Source: Deferribacterales bacterium (GTDB lineage Bacteria; Chrysiogenota; Deferribacteres; Deferribacterales; Geovibrionaceae). From it: a stretch of 64,000 nt of DNA. The stretch spans positions 401,587-465,586 of the forward strand of contig JBFWMA010000001.1 in assembly GCA_050251875.1 (NCBI GenBank). The letters are read 5' to 3'. The translations under genes and the position numbers were made by a program. The notes beneath the pieces are model-generated. The model had not been told where the DNA came from and ran no database searches. It worked only from the letters and a program-made list of their open reading frames with translations. The stretch's first letter is position 1. Every line of letters begins with the position of its first letter. Below, in pieces: positions 1-10,038 of this stretch.

Positions 1-3000
1 TGACAATGACAAAAATAGACTCAGAAGACAGTCTGTTTGTCGCTAACGAAGCTCAGCTGGAAAGCCAGTACGGCGTAACCATCGAAGTTACAGATGAGAA
101 CGGCGTTGTTACTGTAAGCATAGAAGGCACAGCTTCTAAAGCGGACTATCAGGAGATCATCGAATCTGTAAGATTTACAAACAGCTCAGATGACCCCAGC
201 ACAACAGACAGAACAGTCAACGTTGTGGTAAATGACGGCGAGGCGAACAGCAACACAGCGGTAGCCACAATCCACGTTGTACCCGTTAACGATGATCCTA
301 TCGCCGCTGACGACACATACACCATGAATGAAGACGGCACACTGACAATCACATCCGCTTATCTGCTCGGCAACGACACAGATGTAGACGGCGGACCTCT
401 GTCAATCACAGGTGTGACAACACCTTCTTCAGGTACATTGGTTGATAACCACAACGGCACATGGACATTTACTCCCGCTGCTAATTTCAATGGAGAAGTG
501 ACATTCGACTACTCAGTATCCGATGGTAAAGGCGGCACAGATGATGCCACAGTAACCATCACAGTTAACCCTGTGAACGATCCCGCAACATTCGGCGGCG
601 ATGACACAGGCAGCGTGACTGAGGATACCGATGTTACACCCGGCGGATATATCACTACATCAGGCGACCTGACAGTCAGCGATATAGACAGCCCTGAAAC
701 ATTCCAGAGCGGCAGCACAACAGGTTCATACGGCGGTACTCTGACAATAAACGAAAGCGGTCACTGGACATACTCCATTGACAACAGCAAAGCCGATGTT
801 CAGAATCTGGACGATGGACAATCAATTCAGGAAACATTCACCGTTAAGTCAGAAGACGGCACTGCTCATACAGTGACAATCACAATTAACGGTCAGGATG
901 AGGTATCCGTAGCCACCACAGCCGATGCGGCATCAGCCAGCGAAGGTTCTGTGAACATCGGCAGTGTTAACCTCATCTTTATGCTCGATCTCTCCGGCAG
1001 TATGGATTACAAAATCGACATGGACGGCGATGGATACACTTATGATGACAACACAACCCGTCTGATGCTGATGAAAGACGCTCTTTCCAAAATGCTGGGA
1101 ACATACGGCGATTCAGTGCAGTACATCAACGTTGTTACCTTCGCCAGCGGAGCAACAATATCCGGCTGGCTGAGCGTTAATGATGCCAAAACACTGATAG
1201 GCAATCTTGAGGCTGACGGCAGCACAAACTATGAAGCCGCGGTTGAAAAACTTGTAAGTTCGCTTACACCGGCTCCCGAGCCTGCTGACAACACATATGT
1301 GTACTTCCTGTCTGACGGAGACCCCACAGCGGGTAACCTGTCAAAAGCTGACTACGGCACTTACGGTTCATGGTCAGGTTTCCTGACTGCTCAAGGCGTA
1401 GACGAAGTATACGCTGTGGCTGTTGGTTCAGGCATAGGCACAAGCGGTAAGCGTAACCTTGCGGCTCTGACATTTGACGCTGACGGTCCTACAGACGACA
1501 ACCTGATAATCGTTACAAACGATTCAGATCTCACTATGCAGCTGAACAACACTGTTGAAACATTCAGCGCAGAAGGAAACGTTCTGGACAACGACACTCT
1601 GAACGGTGCGACTCTGCACGGAACAGACAGTCTGGATTCAGTGACATTCGGATCAACAACTTATGTGTTTGACGCAAGCCATACATCATATACCATTGAT
1701 CTGGGTGAAAACGGTTCCGTAACTATATATGCCAACGGCGACTACAAATTCACCGCAGGCAGCGACACAGCCGATGACTTATCATCAGTGCTCACATACA
1801 CATTCACTCACGATGGAGCAGCCTATTCAGATACGCTGACTCTGACAACAACAGATACCAGTGAAGTGTACGCATCTGACGATTATGCTCAGGCTCTGAT
1901 AACAACAACACACTCTGACCGTACAGTTGAGACTAACCTGAACAATGTGAACCTCAACCCCGCTTACGATGGCGGAGCTAAAACATCAGAACAGACATTC
2001 ACTGTTGCTGCCGGCGGAGTAGGCGAATATAAAGCGTATGTTGATCTTCAGAGCTATAGCAGCGGTGATGATGTGTTTAAATGGACTCTGCAGGTTAAGG
2101 TGAACGGACAGTGGGTAAATGTCAGCGTTGATAAAGAAATGACCGCAGACGGTTGGATTATTATCGATAGTCTGCAGCCCGGCGAGTACAAAATAACCTT
2201 CAGCGCAACAGACAACAGCTACTGGTACAACTATAAAGTCGCAATCAGCAACGTTAAGCTGACAACTGTGTATGAAGACTATTACTCAAATGTAGCAGCC
2301 GCTCTTGTAGCAGGCAACCTGCTGACCGACCTGAACGATTTCATCGGCACAGGCGATGTATACGGCACCGCAGACAATGCCGGATCAGAAGGCGCATCAC
2401 TGTATGTGCTGAATGACAATGGCGACTATGTTCAGGTTACAGACGGTATGGTTCTCCACGGAACATACGGCGACCTGACACTGAACGCTGACGGAAGCTA
2501 CTCATATCAGCCGGACGCTGACGCCGCTAACATCGGACAGCAGGAGGTATTCCAATACTCACTGCAGCAGCCGGATGGAGACTATGACACAGCAAGCCTT
2601 GTCATAGATATCAAAGGCAGTGCCTCAACCGTATCTCCCATTACTGATACCGATGGTGATCATATCATCACAGGTACAGCAGGCGATGACGTGATAATAG
2701 GCACAGAAGCCAGTGAAACAATCCACGCAGGCGCCGGTAACGACTACATCGATGGTCACGGCGGAAACGATACTATCTATGCCGGAGCCGGTAACGATAC
2801 AATCGTTTACCACGCAGGAGACACTATCGATGGTGGAACAGGACACGACACACTGCTTGTTACAGACAGCATAGACTTCTCAAATGTCCACAGCGTGTCT
2901 AATATCGAGGCGATCGATATGACAGGCGGAGACAGCGGAGTCAGCAACGTTACTCTGGATGTTCAGTCAGTTCTGGATATGACAGACGGCAACGAAACAG

Positions 3001-3191
3001 GCACACTTGTTCTCAGCGGTGACAACGGCGACACAGTCACTCTCAGCGGCGAATGGACACAGGTTGGCTCAACCAACGTCTATCAGTCCAGCGAGGGAGC
3101 TACTGTGGAGTTCAGCGGACATGTGAACACTGTCGATACTGACGCAGGCAAAATCGTCACATTTGACGATCAAGGTAACCCTTTAGGTTAA
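1..3191 (+). CDS. Large T1SS-secreted adhesin (LapA/BpfA-like), C-terminal part; 5' end probably upstream of the window
   Basis: ORF 6..3191 with no in-frame stop before it. Cadherin-like/VCBS repeats (VVPVNDDPIAADD, VNPVNDPATF), vWA MIDAS motif (DLSGS...LSDG), RTX nonapeptides (GAGNDYIDG, HGGNDTIYA, GAGNDTIVY, GGTGHDTLL), very D/T/S/G-rich, next to a Lap-type T1SS operon. Confidence 0.9.
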   Translation, partial: TMTKIDSEDSLFVANEAQLESQYGVTIEVTDENGVVTVSIEGTASKADYQEIIESVRFTNSSDDPSTTDRTVNVVVNDGEANSNTAVATIHVVPVNDDPIAADDTYTMNEDGTLTITSAYLLGNDTDVDGGPLSITGVTTPSSGTLVDNHNGTWTFTPAANFNGEVTFDYSVSDGKGGTDDATVTITVNPVNDPATFGGDDTGSVTEDTDVTPGGYITTSGDLTVSDIDSPETFQSGSTTGSYGGTLTINESGHWTYSIDNSKADVQNLDDGQSIQETFTVKSEDGTAHTVTITINGQDEVSVATTADAASASEGSVNIGSVNLIFMLDLSGSMDYKIDMDGDGYTYDDNTTRLMLMKDALSKMLGTYGDSVQYINVVTFASGATISGWLSVNDAKTLIGNLEADGSTNYEAAVEKLVSSLTPAPEPADNTYVYFLSDGDPTAGNLSKADYGTYGSWSGFLTAQGVDEVYAVAVGSGIGTSGKRNLAALTFDADGPTDDNLIIVTNDSDLTMQLNNTVETFSAEGNVLDNDTLNGATLHGTDSLDSVTFGSTTYVFDASHTSYTIDLGENGSVTIYANGDYKFTAGSDTADDLSSVLTYTFTHDGAAYSDTLTLTTTDTSEVYASDDYAQALITTTHSDRTVETNLNNVNLNPAYDGGAKTSEQTFTVAAGGVGEYKAYVDLQSYSSGDDVFKWTLQVKVNGQWVNVSVDKEMTADGWIIIDSLQPGEYKITFSATDNSYWYNYKVAISNVKLTTVYEDYYSNVAAALVAGNLLTDLNDFIGTGDVYGTADNAGSEGASLYVLNDNGDYVQVTDGMVLHGTYGDLTLNADGSYSYQPDADAANIGQQEVFQYSLQQPDGDYDTASLVIDIKGSASTVSPITDTDGDHIITGTAGDDVIIGTEASETIHAGAGNDYIDGHGGNDTIYAGAGNDTIVYHAGDTIDGGTGHDTLLVTDSIDFSNVHSVSNIEAIDMTGGDSGVSNVTLDVQSVLDMTDGNETGTLVLSGDNGDTVTLSGEWTQVGSTNVYQSSEGATVEFSGHVNTVDTDAGKIVTFDDQGNPLG

Positions 3192-3224
3192 TTTTTTAAC
3201 CTTACTACATAACAAATGAGAGAG

Positions 3225-3252
3225 ACCGCCCCTTATGGGGCGGTTTTTCTTT
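3225..3252 (+). terminator. Intrinsic terminator of the adhesin gene
   Basis: ACCGCCCC-TTAT-GGGGCGGT followed by TTTTCTTT. Confidence 0.8.
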
Positions 3253-3304
3253 GTATTGTTATGTAACTGAATCTGGAATCAAATTTATAATTATATGTGA
3301 GGAT

Positions 3305-3337
3305 AAAAAAAGGCGGGGATTTTTTCCCCGCCTTTTT
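3305..3337. terminator. Bidirectional intrinsic terminator (end of the lap operon)
   Basis: A7-GGCGGGGA-loop-TCCCCGCC-T5, just past the stop of the minus-strand LuxR gene. Confidence 0.8.
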
Positions 3338-3355
3338 AATTTATGAAAGAATAAA

Positions 3356-3955
3356 CTAAACTTTGAACTTGAGAGCCAGAGCCAGTCTGTCTCTTAACCC
3401 GGTCTTCATGAAGATGGACGAAAGATGCGCTTTCACTGTGCGCACCGTGATATCCAGAGCATCGGATATCTCCTGATTTGATCTTCCTTTAGCTATCAGC
3501 TCCGCAACCTCCGCCTCTCTCTCGCTTAGATTATACAGAGTGGCGTATGAGACGGACTGTCCGCCTTTTTCATCTTTCGCCTCCTCTTTCGGGAGAGCGT
3601 TTATCAGACGTGTGAGTATCTCCGGCGGCATCCATATCTGGTTCGCCATCACTGTGCTGACTACATGCTGAAGGTTAGACGGGTGCATCATCCTGTTGCC
3701 GTATCCCTTCGCACCCAGTCTGAGCATATGCACCGCCTCCTCAAACTTAGGAACGGAAGACAGAATAACTATAGGGCATGTTATCGCTTTGACATCTGTC
3801 GGCGGCAGATATTTAAGGTCAAGTATGACAACATCTTCCTGTGTAAGTGGTTTTCCCAGCTCGTCCAGCTTCCGCACCGACATGAATGACCCTTTGTCGA
3901 ATGCCTCAGCGCACGAATTGCAGAAAAAGGTATCGCAACTGACTACAATAATCAT
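3356..3955 (-). CDS. LuxR/NarL-family regulator (atypical receiver + LuxR HTH)
   Basis: C-terminal LSEREAEVAELIAKGRSNQEIS...TVRTVKAHLSSIFMK HTH; N-terminal receiver-like segment (DVVILD, IVILS, GAKGY). Confidence 0.9.
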   Translation of the reverse strand: MIIVVSCDTFFCNSCAEAFDKGSFMSVRKLDELGKPLTQEDVVILDLKYLPPTDVKAITCPIVILSSVPKFEEAVHMLRLGAKGYGNRMMHPSNLQHVVSTVMANQIWMPPEILTRLINALPKEEAKDEKGGQSVSYATLYNLSEREAEVAELIAKGRSNQEISDALDITVRTVKAHLSSIFMKTGLRDRLALALKFKV

Positions 3956-5295
3956 TATCTCTCCCTCAGAGCGTTATATTTCGCCCTTAATATGGGTTTC
4001 AACAGATACTGCATTATAGTTTTCTTTCCGGTCACAATATCCGCCATGACGGTCATTCCCACCATGATATCTTTCTTGTTATCTTCGGTACCGATGTATG
4101 TTTTGTCTGTTTTTATGTGTACGAGGTAATAGCTCTCTTTCTTCTGTTCGTCCTCTATGGTGTCGGCGCTGATGTGGGTCACGACCCCTGTCACGCCTCC
4201 GTATATTGCAAAGTCATATGCTGTTACTTTAATTATAGCCTCCTGACCGGGATAAATGAACGCAATGTCAGAAGGTTTTATCTTTGCCTCGATCAGAAGC
4301 GTATCCTCTCCGGGAACTACTTCCATAATGTCCATACCGGGCTTAACAACACCGCCGATGGTGTTCACCATAAGCCTCTTCACTGTGCCGTCCACGGGGG
4401 ATCGAACCTGTGTTCTGTTCACCCTGTCCTGAAGAGCTACCTGTGTGGCAGATGTTCTGTTGAACTCCGCCAGCGCCTGGCTGAGCTGGTCCTGCGCGTC
4501 ACTGCGGAACTTTGTGGCGGACTCGTTCAGCATGTTTCTGGCTTCCACAATCTTAGACTGGGCTGAGTTCATCATGTTGATCGTTGATTCTATATCGTTC
4601 TGGTTGTCCAGCAGTTTCTGTTTGATCTGAAGATACTCCACCTCGGATACCAGCCCCTTTTCATACAGAGGTTTTGTGAGGTTCATCTCTCTCTGGATCA
4701 GTTCTTTGGCGCTTTTCAGGTTTTTTATCCTGTTCTGAGCATCGTTCAGCTCCACCTGCTTCTGTCTGAGCCTTTCACGGAGAACGTCCTGCTCGTTGGT
4801 TATCCTCAGCTTATTGATATTATAGAGGTTCATTTCTGAGCTTGTCAGGTTGGGAAAATCCTTCATCAGCTCTTCGTCCATGTGAATGGGCTGACCGGAG
4901 GCCTCCGCCTGAAGACGGGCTATGCGCACTTTCAGCTCATAATATTTCGAACGTCCTTCGTTAAAAGAACTGCCGAAACCAGTGTCGTCTATCTCCAGCA
5001 GAACCTGTCCTTTCTTCACCTTGTCGCCTTCCTTCACATGCAGCTTGTTGACTATACCGCCCTCAAGGTTCTGAATGATCTGTATCTGGCTGGATGGAAT
5101 TACCTTTCCCTGTCCTCTGGTGAGTTCGTCCACATAGGTGAAGTTAGCCCAGATGAGGAACACGACTATCAGCGCCCCGATGATGTAAAGCAGCATGACT
5201 GTTTTCGCAGGGGATTTTTGCAGAATAGCCGCATTAAGGCTGTTCATGAACTCTATATCAGCATCGCTTATCTTGTTTTTTCTTTTTTCCATCAT
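3955..5295 (-). CDS. lapC: HlyD-family T1SS membrane fusion protein (LapC-like)
   Basis: N-terminal TM helix, IQNLEGGIV...VKEGDKVKKGQ lipoyl-like motif, coiled coil, RSPVDGTV, C-terminal TGKKTIMQYLLKPILRAKYNALRER. Confidence 0.9.
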   Translation of the reverse strand: MMEKRKNKISDADIEFMNSLNAAILQKSPAKTVMLLYIIGALIVVFLIWANFTYVDELTRGQGKVIPSSQIQIIQNLEGGIVNKLHVKEGDKVKKGQVLLEIDDTGFGSSFNEGRSKYYELKVRIARLQAEASGQPIHMDEELMKDFPNLTSSEMNLYNINKLRITNEQDVLRERLRQKQVELNDAQNRIKNLKSAKELIQREMNLTKPLYEKGLVSEVEYLQIKQKLLDNQNDIESTINMMNSAQSKIVEARNMLNESATKFRSDAQDQLSQALAEFNRTSATQVALQDRVNRTQVRSPVDGTVKRLMVNTIGGVVKPGMDIMEVVPGEDTLLIEAKIKPSDIAFIYPGQEAIIKVTAYDFAIYGGVTGVVTHISADTIEDEQKKESYYLVHIKTDKTYIGTEDNKKDIMVGMTVMADIVTGKKTIMQYLLKPILRAKYNALRER

Positions 5296-7439
5296 TTACG
5301 GCTGCCTCCTCCGAGCTTATTGAGGATCTCGTCTTTCGGACCGTCCATAACGACAGTTCCGTTGTCCATCACGATCAGTCTGTCCACTATGGACAGGATG
5401 GACGGTTTGTGGGTGATGACGATGGTGGTCTTTCCTTTGGTCGCCTCGTTGAGGTTGTTGATGACGGTGGTCTCTGTGGTGTGGTCCATGGAGTTGGTGG
5501 GCTCGTCCATCACTATGATGGGGCTGTCCATCAGCATGGCTCTGGAAACAGCGACAGACTGTCTCTGACCGCCGGAAAGGTTCGCTCCTTTTTCTCCCAC
5601 GAAAAAGTCGAGACCGGCAGGGTGTTTGTCGGTGAAAGAGATAACATTGCCTATCTGCGCCGCGCGGATGATGGCTGCATCGTCACTGGCGGGCGATTTG
5701 AATATTATGTTGTCACGGACAGAACCGGAGAACAGTGTCACGTCCTGCGGAACATATCCGATGTTGTGGCGGAGATCCGCCGGGTCTATCTGTTTCACGG
5801 CTATGCCGTCTATGAATATGCTGCCCTCGTCAGCGTCATACAGTCCGAGGATCAGCTTGCTCAGCGTTGATTTACCCGAGCCAACCGCGCCGATGATTCC
5901 CACCCGCTCCTGCGGCTTTATCTTGAATGTGACATTATGCAGAGCGGTCTTGGGTTCGTCCGGATAGCTGAAGCTGACGTCTTTGAACTCGATAGCGCCC
6001 TGAAAAACAGGGCGGCGGAGAAAGCCTTTTTTCTCAGGTCTTTCGACATCTTTCGCCATGAGCCCGTTCAGCTCTGTGAGAGATGTTTTCATCTGCTCAT
6101 AGTTAGAGAGCAGAGAAGCGACCTGTGTCATGGGCGATATGGTTCTGGAAGACAGAATTACGGAGGCGATCAGCGCACCCATAGTGATGTCTCCCGCCTT
6201 TATCAGGTAAACGCCGAAAACGACAATCGCCACGGTGGTTATCTGGGTCAGAAGCCCCGCAACGGATGTCAGCGAGCTGGAGAGCATTCTGGATTTTATG
6301 CTTTTGTTGGCTATGTCCCCTGTGCTCTCTTCCCAGTGCCACTGTATGTAGCTGTTGGCGTTGAAAGATTTTATGGTTTCAAGGTTAGACAGCGCCTCGA
6401 TGAGGATACCGTTTCTCTTGGCGGATGACTGATATGTGCTTTCGATGCTCCTCTGGATCGGTTTTCTGACCACAAGGCTGTATCCGACTATCAGCATGAT
6501 GGTGAAGAGGGGGATAACAACCAGCCATGTGCCGATGTATGCTATTACTACCAGAAAGATAACAACAAAAGGAAGCTCTATGAAAGCAGTGATGGCGCTG
6601 GAGGCGTAGAATGACCGGATGCTGTCGAAGTCTCTGATGTTGTTGGCGAACGAGCCGACAGATCTGGGTCTCTCTTTCATGCGTATGTTGAGCGCCTGCT
6701 CGAATATTTTGGATGAAAGGATGATATCGCTCTTCTTGGCGGCGATCTCCAGGAAATATGTTCGTATATATTTGATAATAATATCGAATATATACACGGT
6801 GCAGACACCGATAGCCAGAACCCACAGGGTGTCCACGGCGTTGTGGGGGATTACCCTGTCGTAAACGTTCATGGTGAAGAGGGGGCTGACGGTGACAAAA
6901 AGGTTGATGAGGAAAGAGGCGATAAAAACGTTGATATAGAGATCCTTGAACCTCCACAGAGTTCCGAAGAACCAGTGTGATTTATCCTCCTCCTCGCCTT
7001 CGTGGTCGGGGCTGTCCTGTTTATACAGGCGCTTCAGAAAGAAGCTGAAACCCAGATATTCTTCCTGAAGTTTATCAATAGCTATCTCCTGTGGCTCTTC
7101 GTCCACCCCGGGGATTACTATTTCCGCCACATTCTCTTTGACATCCATCTGGGTCAGAACGCACGCTCCGCCGTCCTTCAGCAGAAGGATGACCGGCAGA
7201 ACCAGATTGGGAATATCTGTGAGCTCTCTTTTTACCAGACTGGAGTTGAAGCCGGCTCTGTTGGCGGCTCTGGAAAAGTTAGATTTCGCGCCGTCAATGG
7301 TGAAGAGGTGCTGTTCCCTCTTCTGCGGGTCCATAGGAAGACCGTATGCCAGAGCCTCGGCGCTGGCGGGCTTATTATTAAGTTTGGTCAGGATGACCAG
7401 ACACTGCATTAATGGGTCGATGGAAATGGTTCTGTTCAT
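5292..7439 (-). CDS. lapB: T1SS ABC transporter permease/ATPase with C39-like N-terminal domain (LapB-like)
   Basis: PLFTMNVYDRVIP TM motif, Walker A GAVGSGKST, signature LSGGQRQ, Walker B VMDEPT. Confidence 0.92.
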   Translation of the reverse strand: MNRTISIDPLMQCLVILTKLNNKPASAEALAYGLPMDPQKREQHLFTIDGAKSNFSRAANRAGFNSSLVKRELTDIPNLVLPVILLLKDGGACVLTQMDVKENVAEIVIPGVDEEPQEIAIDKLQEEYLGFSFFLKRLYKQDSPDHEGEEEDKSHWFFGTLWRFKDLYINVFIASFLINLFVTVSPLFTMNVYDRVIPHNAVDTLWVLAIGVCTVYIFDIIIKYIRTYFLEIAAKKSDIILSSKIFEQALNIRMKERPRSVGSFANNIRDFDSIRSFYASSAITAFIELPFVVIFLVVIAYIGTWLVVIPLFTIMLIVGYSLVVRKPIQRSIESTYQSSAKRNGILIEALSNLETIKSFNANSYIQWHWEESTGDIANKSIKSRMLSSSLTSVAGLLTQITTVAIVVFGVYLIKAGDITMGALIASVILSSRTISPMTQVASLLSNYEQMKTSLTELNGLMAKDVERPEKKGFLRRPVFQGAIEFKDVSFSYPDEPKTALHNVTFKIKPQERVGIIGAVGSGKSTLSKLILGLYDADEGSIFIDGIAVKQIDPADLRHNIGYVPQDVTLFSGSVRDNIIFKSPASDDAAIIRAAQIGNVISFTDKHPAGLDFFVGEKGANLSGGQRQSVAVSRAMLMDSPIIVMDEPTNSMDHTTETTVINNLNEATKGKTTIVITHKPSILSIVDRLIVMDNGTVVMDGPKDEILNKLGGGSRK

Positions 7440-7441
7440 AG

Positions 7442-9367
7442 TTATTTAACCAGCGGCGAGATATCTGCTATGCCGCGTCCCTGAAAGTATTTTATGTTTT
7501 GGCTTTCGAGAGCGTTTTTCAGCTCATCGTTTTCGACTTTCGTCGCAATCAGTTTGATTCCCAGACTTTCTGTGATAGTCATCAGAGAGTTGATGGCTGT
7601 GTGGGCGCTGTCGTCTGTGCCCATCAGATAGTCGTAGTCTATTTTAATGTAGTTGGGTTTCAGTTTTTGCAGATTTTCCAGCGATGTCTGGCTCATGGAG
7701 AACCTGTCCACACCGAAGGTGAATCCGAGACCTTTGATCAGACCGGAGAAGTCGAGACATATATCCAGATTGCTGTTGATAGCGTTGTCGGATATCTCGA
7801 AGGTCATGCGGTCTTTCAGATGTTTGGAGTTGAGCAGAAGCTGTCTGAACCATGTGAATGACATCCTGTCGTTCAGGAAGACATCGGTGATGTTGATAGC
7901 CAGCGTGCCTTCTTCGTGCTGTGTCAGATATTCTGTTGATTTCTCAAGCACATATTTGTCCAGACTGTTGGCAAGGTTGAGGTTCACCACCATGGGCATG
8001 AAATATCCGGCCCGCAGTATGTTTCCATCCTTATCCAGCATGTTGACGAATATCTCCTGATGGAGCTCTCCGGTGGAGGATTTGACCGACTGAGATGTCA
8101 GGACAAATCTGTCTGAGCTGAGCGCCTCTTCTATCATGGTTTTCCACTCCATCTTACCAAGAACCATCTGGCTGGCGTCATCATTGAAGTGGTTGTAATG
8201 CGATGTTTCGGAGCTTTTCGCCACAGACAGAGCATAGTCTGTTTTGGAAAGAACTCTCGCCATTGTTTCGTTGTAATGATATGTCGCCATACCCGCTTTG
8301 GTTGCTATAGGGAGCGCAGCGTTGACTTCTGACATGAGAGTATCCGCCGCCGCCATGAAGGCGCTGAGTGAGTTTTCCGCCTCTTCCTGTGTGACAGAGG
8401 GGAGTATCAGGGCGAATTCCTGTTTGTTGAAACATGCCGCTACCACACCCTGTTTTCCGAATTTTCCTGTGAAGAGTTCGGCTATTTTGTCATAGTAGGG
8501 TTTGATAGCCTGATGCCCTTTTTCTGTGAAGGCGGCGTCCAGCCCCTCGAAGGAGATGAAGACGATCTCGCCGTTAGAATATTGCGATTCTGATTCGATA
8601 TATTCGGTTATCTTATTTACAAAGTATTTACGGTTGAACAGACCTGTGAGCTGATCTTTATAAAGCAGCTCCTGATAGTTTTTCAGTGTTTCTATCTCTC
8701 TGTTATATATAGTCTGAACTTTTCCGGTCATCTGGTTCATCGCCAGAACAACCTGACGGAGTTCCGGTGTTTTCGGTATTTTGTCGTTGATGATGAACTC
8801 GTTCTCGCCGATGGCTTCTGCCTGAAGACGTATCCTCTCCAGAGAGGACAGGAGAAATTTCAGGATGACATAGCTGAGCGCTATGCCTATGGCGCCTATC
8901 ACCACGAAAGAGATGCACAGTGACTTAAAGCTGTCCCAGAGCTGGATGTAGGAGAGACCCGGGTGTCCCTTTACATTCAGACTGCCGAAGATAGTCCATC
9001 CGCTGGATATTTTCGCCTCGCCCACGGGGGTCTGGAGATTAACCAGCTTTATGAAAACTTCAGGAACGTCCTGAATTCTGGGTATCTGTTTCGCCTGATA
9101 GAGAATCTTGCCTTCGTTGTCCAGAAGGGTGATCTCCTCAAAATATCCGCCGTCATACATGGCGTTAATCATGGTGGTCATCATGCCCATGTCGTCCACA
9201 AAGGGGCTGAGCGACAGCGACATGGAGTTAGCCGTGTTTTTGGAATTTGTGTATAGCTGGTTTCTTATAAACTCTTTAGTGTTGTCAAAATTAATTTTGA
9301 GCACCGCTATCAGCATCACTATCAGTATAAAGGTGATAAGAAGCTGAATCTGTTTGAAGAGTGTCAT
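7442..9367 (-). CDS. lapD: LapD-like inner-membrane c-di-GMP receptor (periplasmic-HAMP-degenerate GGDEF-degenerate EAL)
   Basis: MTLFKQI start and YDGGYF motif typical of the LapD/MoxY N-terminus, two TM helices, DQLTGLFNR, GGDEF replaced by NKQEF, EAL by EIF, DDFG by DRFS; directly downstream of lapG. Confidence 0.88.
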   Translation of the reverse strand: MTLFKQIQLLITFILIVMLIAVLKINFDNTKEFIRNQLYTNSKNTANSMSLSLSPFVDDMGMMTTMINAMYDGGYFEEITLLDNEGKILYQAKQIPRIQDVPEVFIKLVNLQTPVGEAKISSGWTIFGSLNVKGHPGLSYIQLWDSFKSLCISFVVIGAIGIALSYVILKFLLSSLERIRLQAEAIGENEFIINDKIPKTPELRQVVLAMNQMTGKVQTIYNREIETLKNYQELLYKDQLTGLFNRKYFVNKITEYIESESQYSNGEIVFISFEGLDAAFTEKGHQAIKPYYDKIAELFTGKFGKQGVVAACFNKQEFALILPSVTQEEAENSLSAFMAAADTLMSEVNAALPIATKAGMATYHYNETMARVLSKTDYALSVAKSSETSHYNHFNDDASQMVLGKMEWKTMIEEALSSDRFVLTSQSVKSSTGELHQEIFVNMLDKDGNILRAGYFMPMVVNLNLANSLDKYVLEKSTEYLTQHEEGTLAINITDVFLNDRMSFTWFRQLLLNSKHLKDRMTFEISDNAINSNLDICLDFSGLIKGLGFTFGVDRFSMSQTSLENLQKLKPNYIKIDYDYLMGTDDSAHTAINSLMTITESLGIKLIATKVENDELKNALESQNIKYFQGRGIADISPLVK

Positions 9368-9369
9368 AT

Positions 9370-10035
9370 CTACCTCGCCATAATCTCAAGATTTATTGCA
9401 TTCAGTTTATTCAGGTTTTTGGATTGAGACGGGTCAACCCTGGCACCTAAACCCTGCTGTCTCTGAACATACAGATCGTTCGCGTTAAAGCTGTAAACAG
9501 GCGCGAGATCTTTTCTGTTGGTCGCCAGCTGGATGGACTTGTCGTAGTTATCAAGAACATAAGGTATTGTATTAGGCTGCTTATAATAAGTTACTACAAG
9601 GTGCGATTCCTTTCCTCTCTTAACGTATGTCAAGAAGAGCTTTTCCTGAGGAACGCCTATCTGTATCAGGGTCAGAAACTTGGAAACGGCATAGTCTTCG
9701 CAGTCGCCCAGCCCCACACCCAGAAATTCCAGTCTGCTCGCCCAGTAGTCGGTTTTACCCCAGGTTTTGATGTCGGACTGGTATTGAACCTGATTAAAAA
9801 AACTATTTATTTCAATAACTTTCGTATCATCGGACGCATTTTCATCCACAAGTTTATTCATCTTGTCCAGAAGAGCGTTGAGACGCACTACAGCGTACTT
9901 CCCATACTTCTTCTCATATGCGGCAAACTCTGCATCAGGTACATAAAACCGCAGAGCAGCACCCACAATGTAGTTTGTGAGTGCTGCTGAAATAATCACT
10001 ATAATTATCGCTGCGGTGAACTTATTAAAGTGCAT
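9370..10035 (-). CDS. lapG: LapG-like periplasmic transglutaminase-like cysteine protease (BTLCP)
   Basis: WGKTDYWAS, GDCEDYA catalytic Cys, SHLV His, VLDN Asp; N-terminal signal/TM. Confidence 0.92.
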   Translation of the reverse strand: MHFNKFTAAIIIVIISAALTNYIVGAALRFYVPDAEFAAYEKKYGKYAVVRLNALLDKMNKLVDENASDDTKVIEINSFFNQVQYQSDIKTWGKTDYWASRLEFLGVGLGDCEDYAVSKFLTLIQIGVPQEKLFLTYVKRGKESHLVVTYYKQPNTIPYVLDNYDKSIQLATNRKDLAPVYSFNANDLYVQRQQGLGARVDPSQSKNLNKLNAINLEIMAR

Positions 10036-10038
10036 AAA

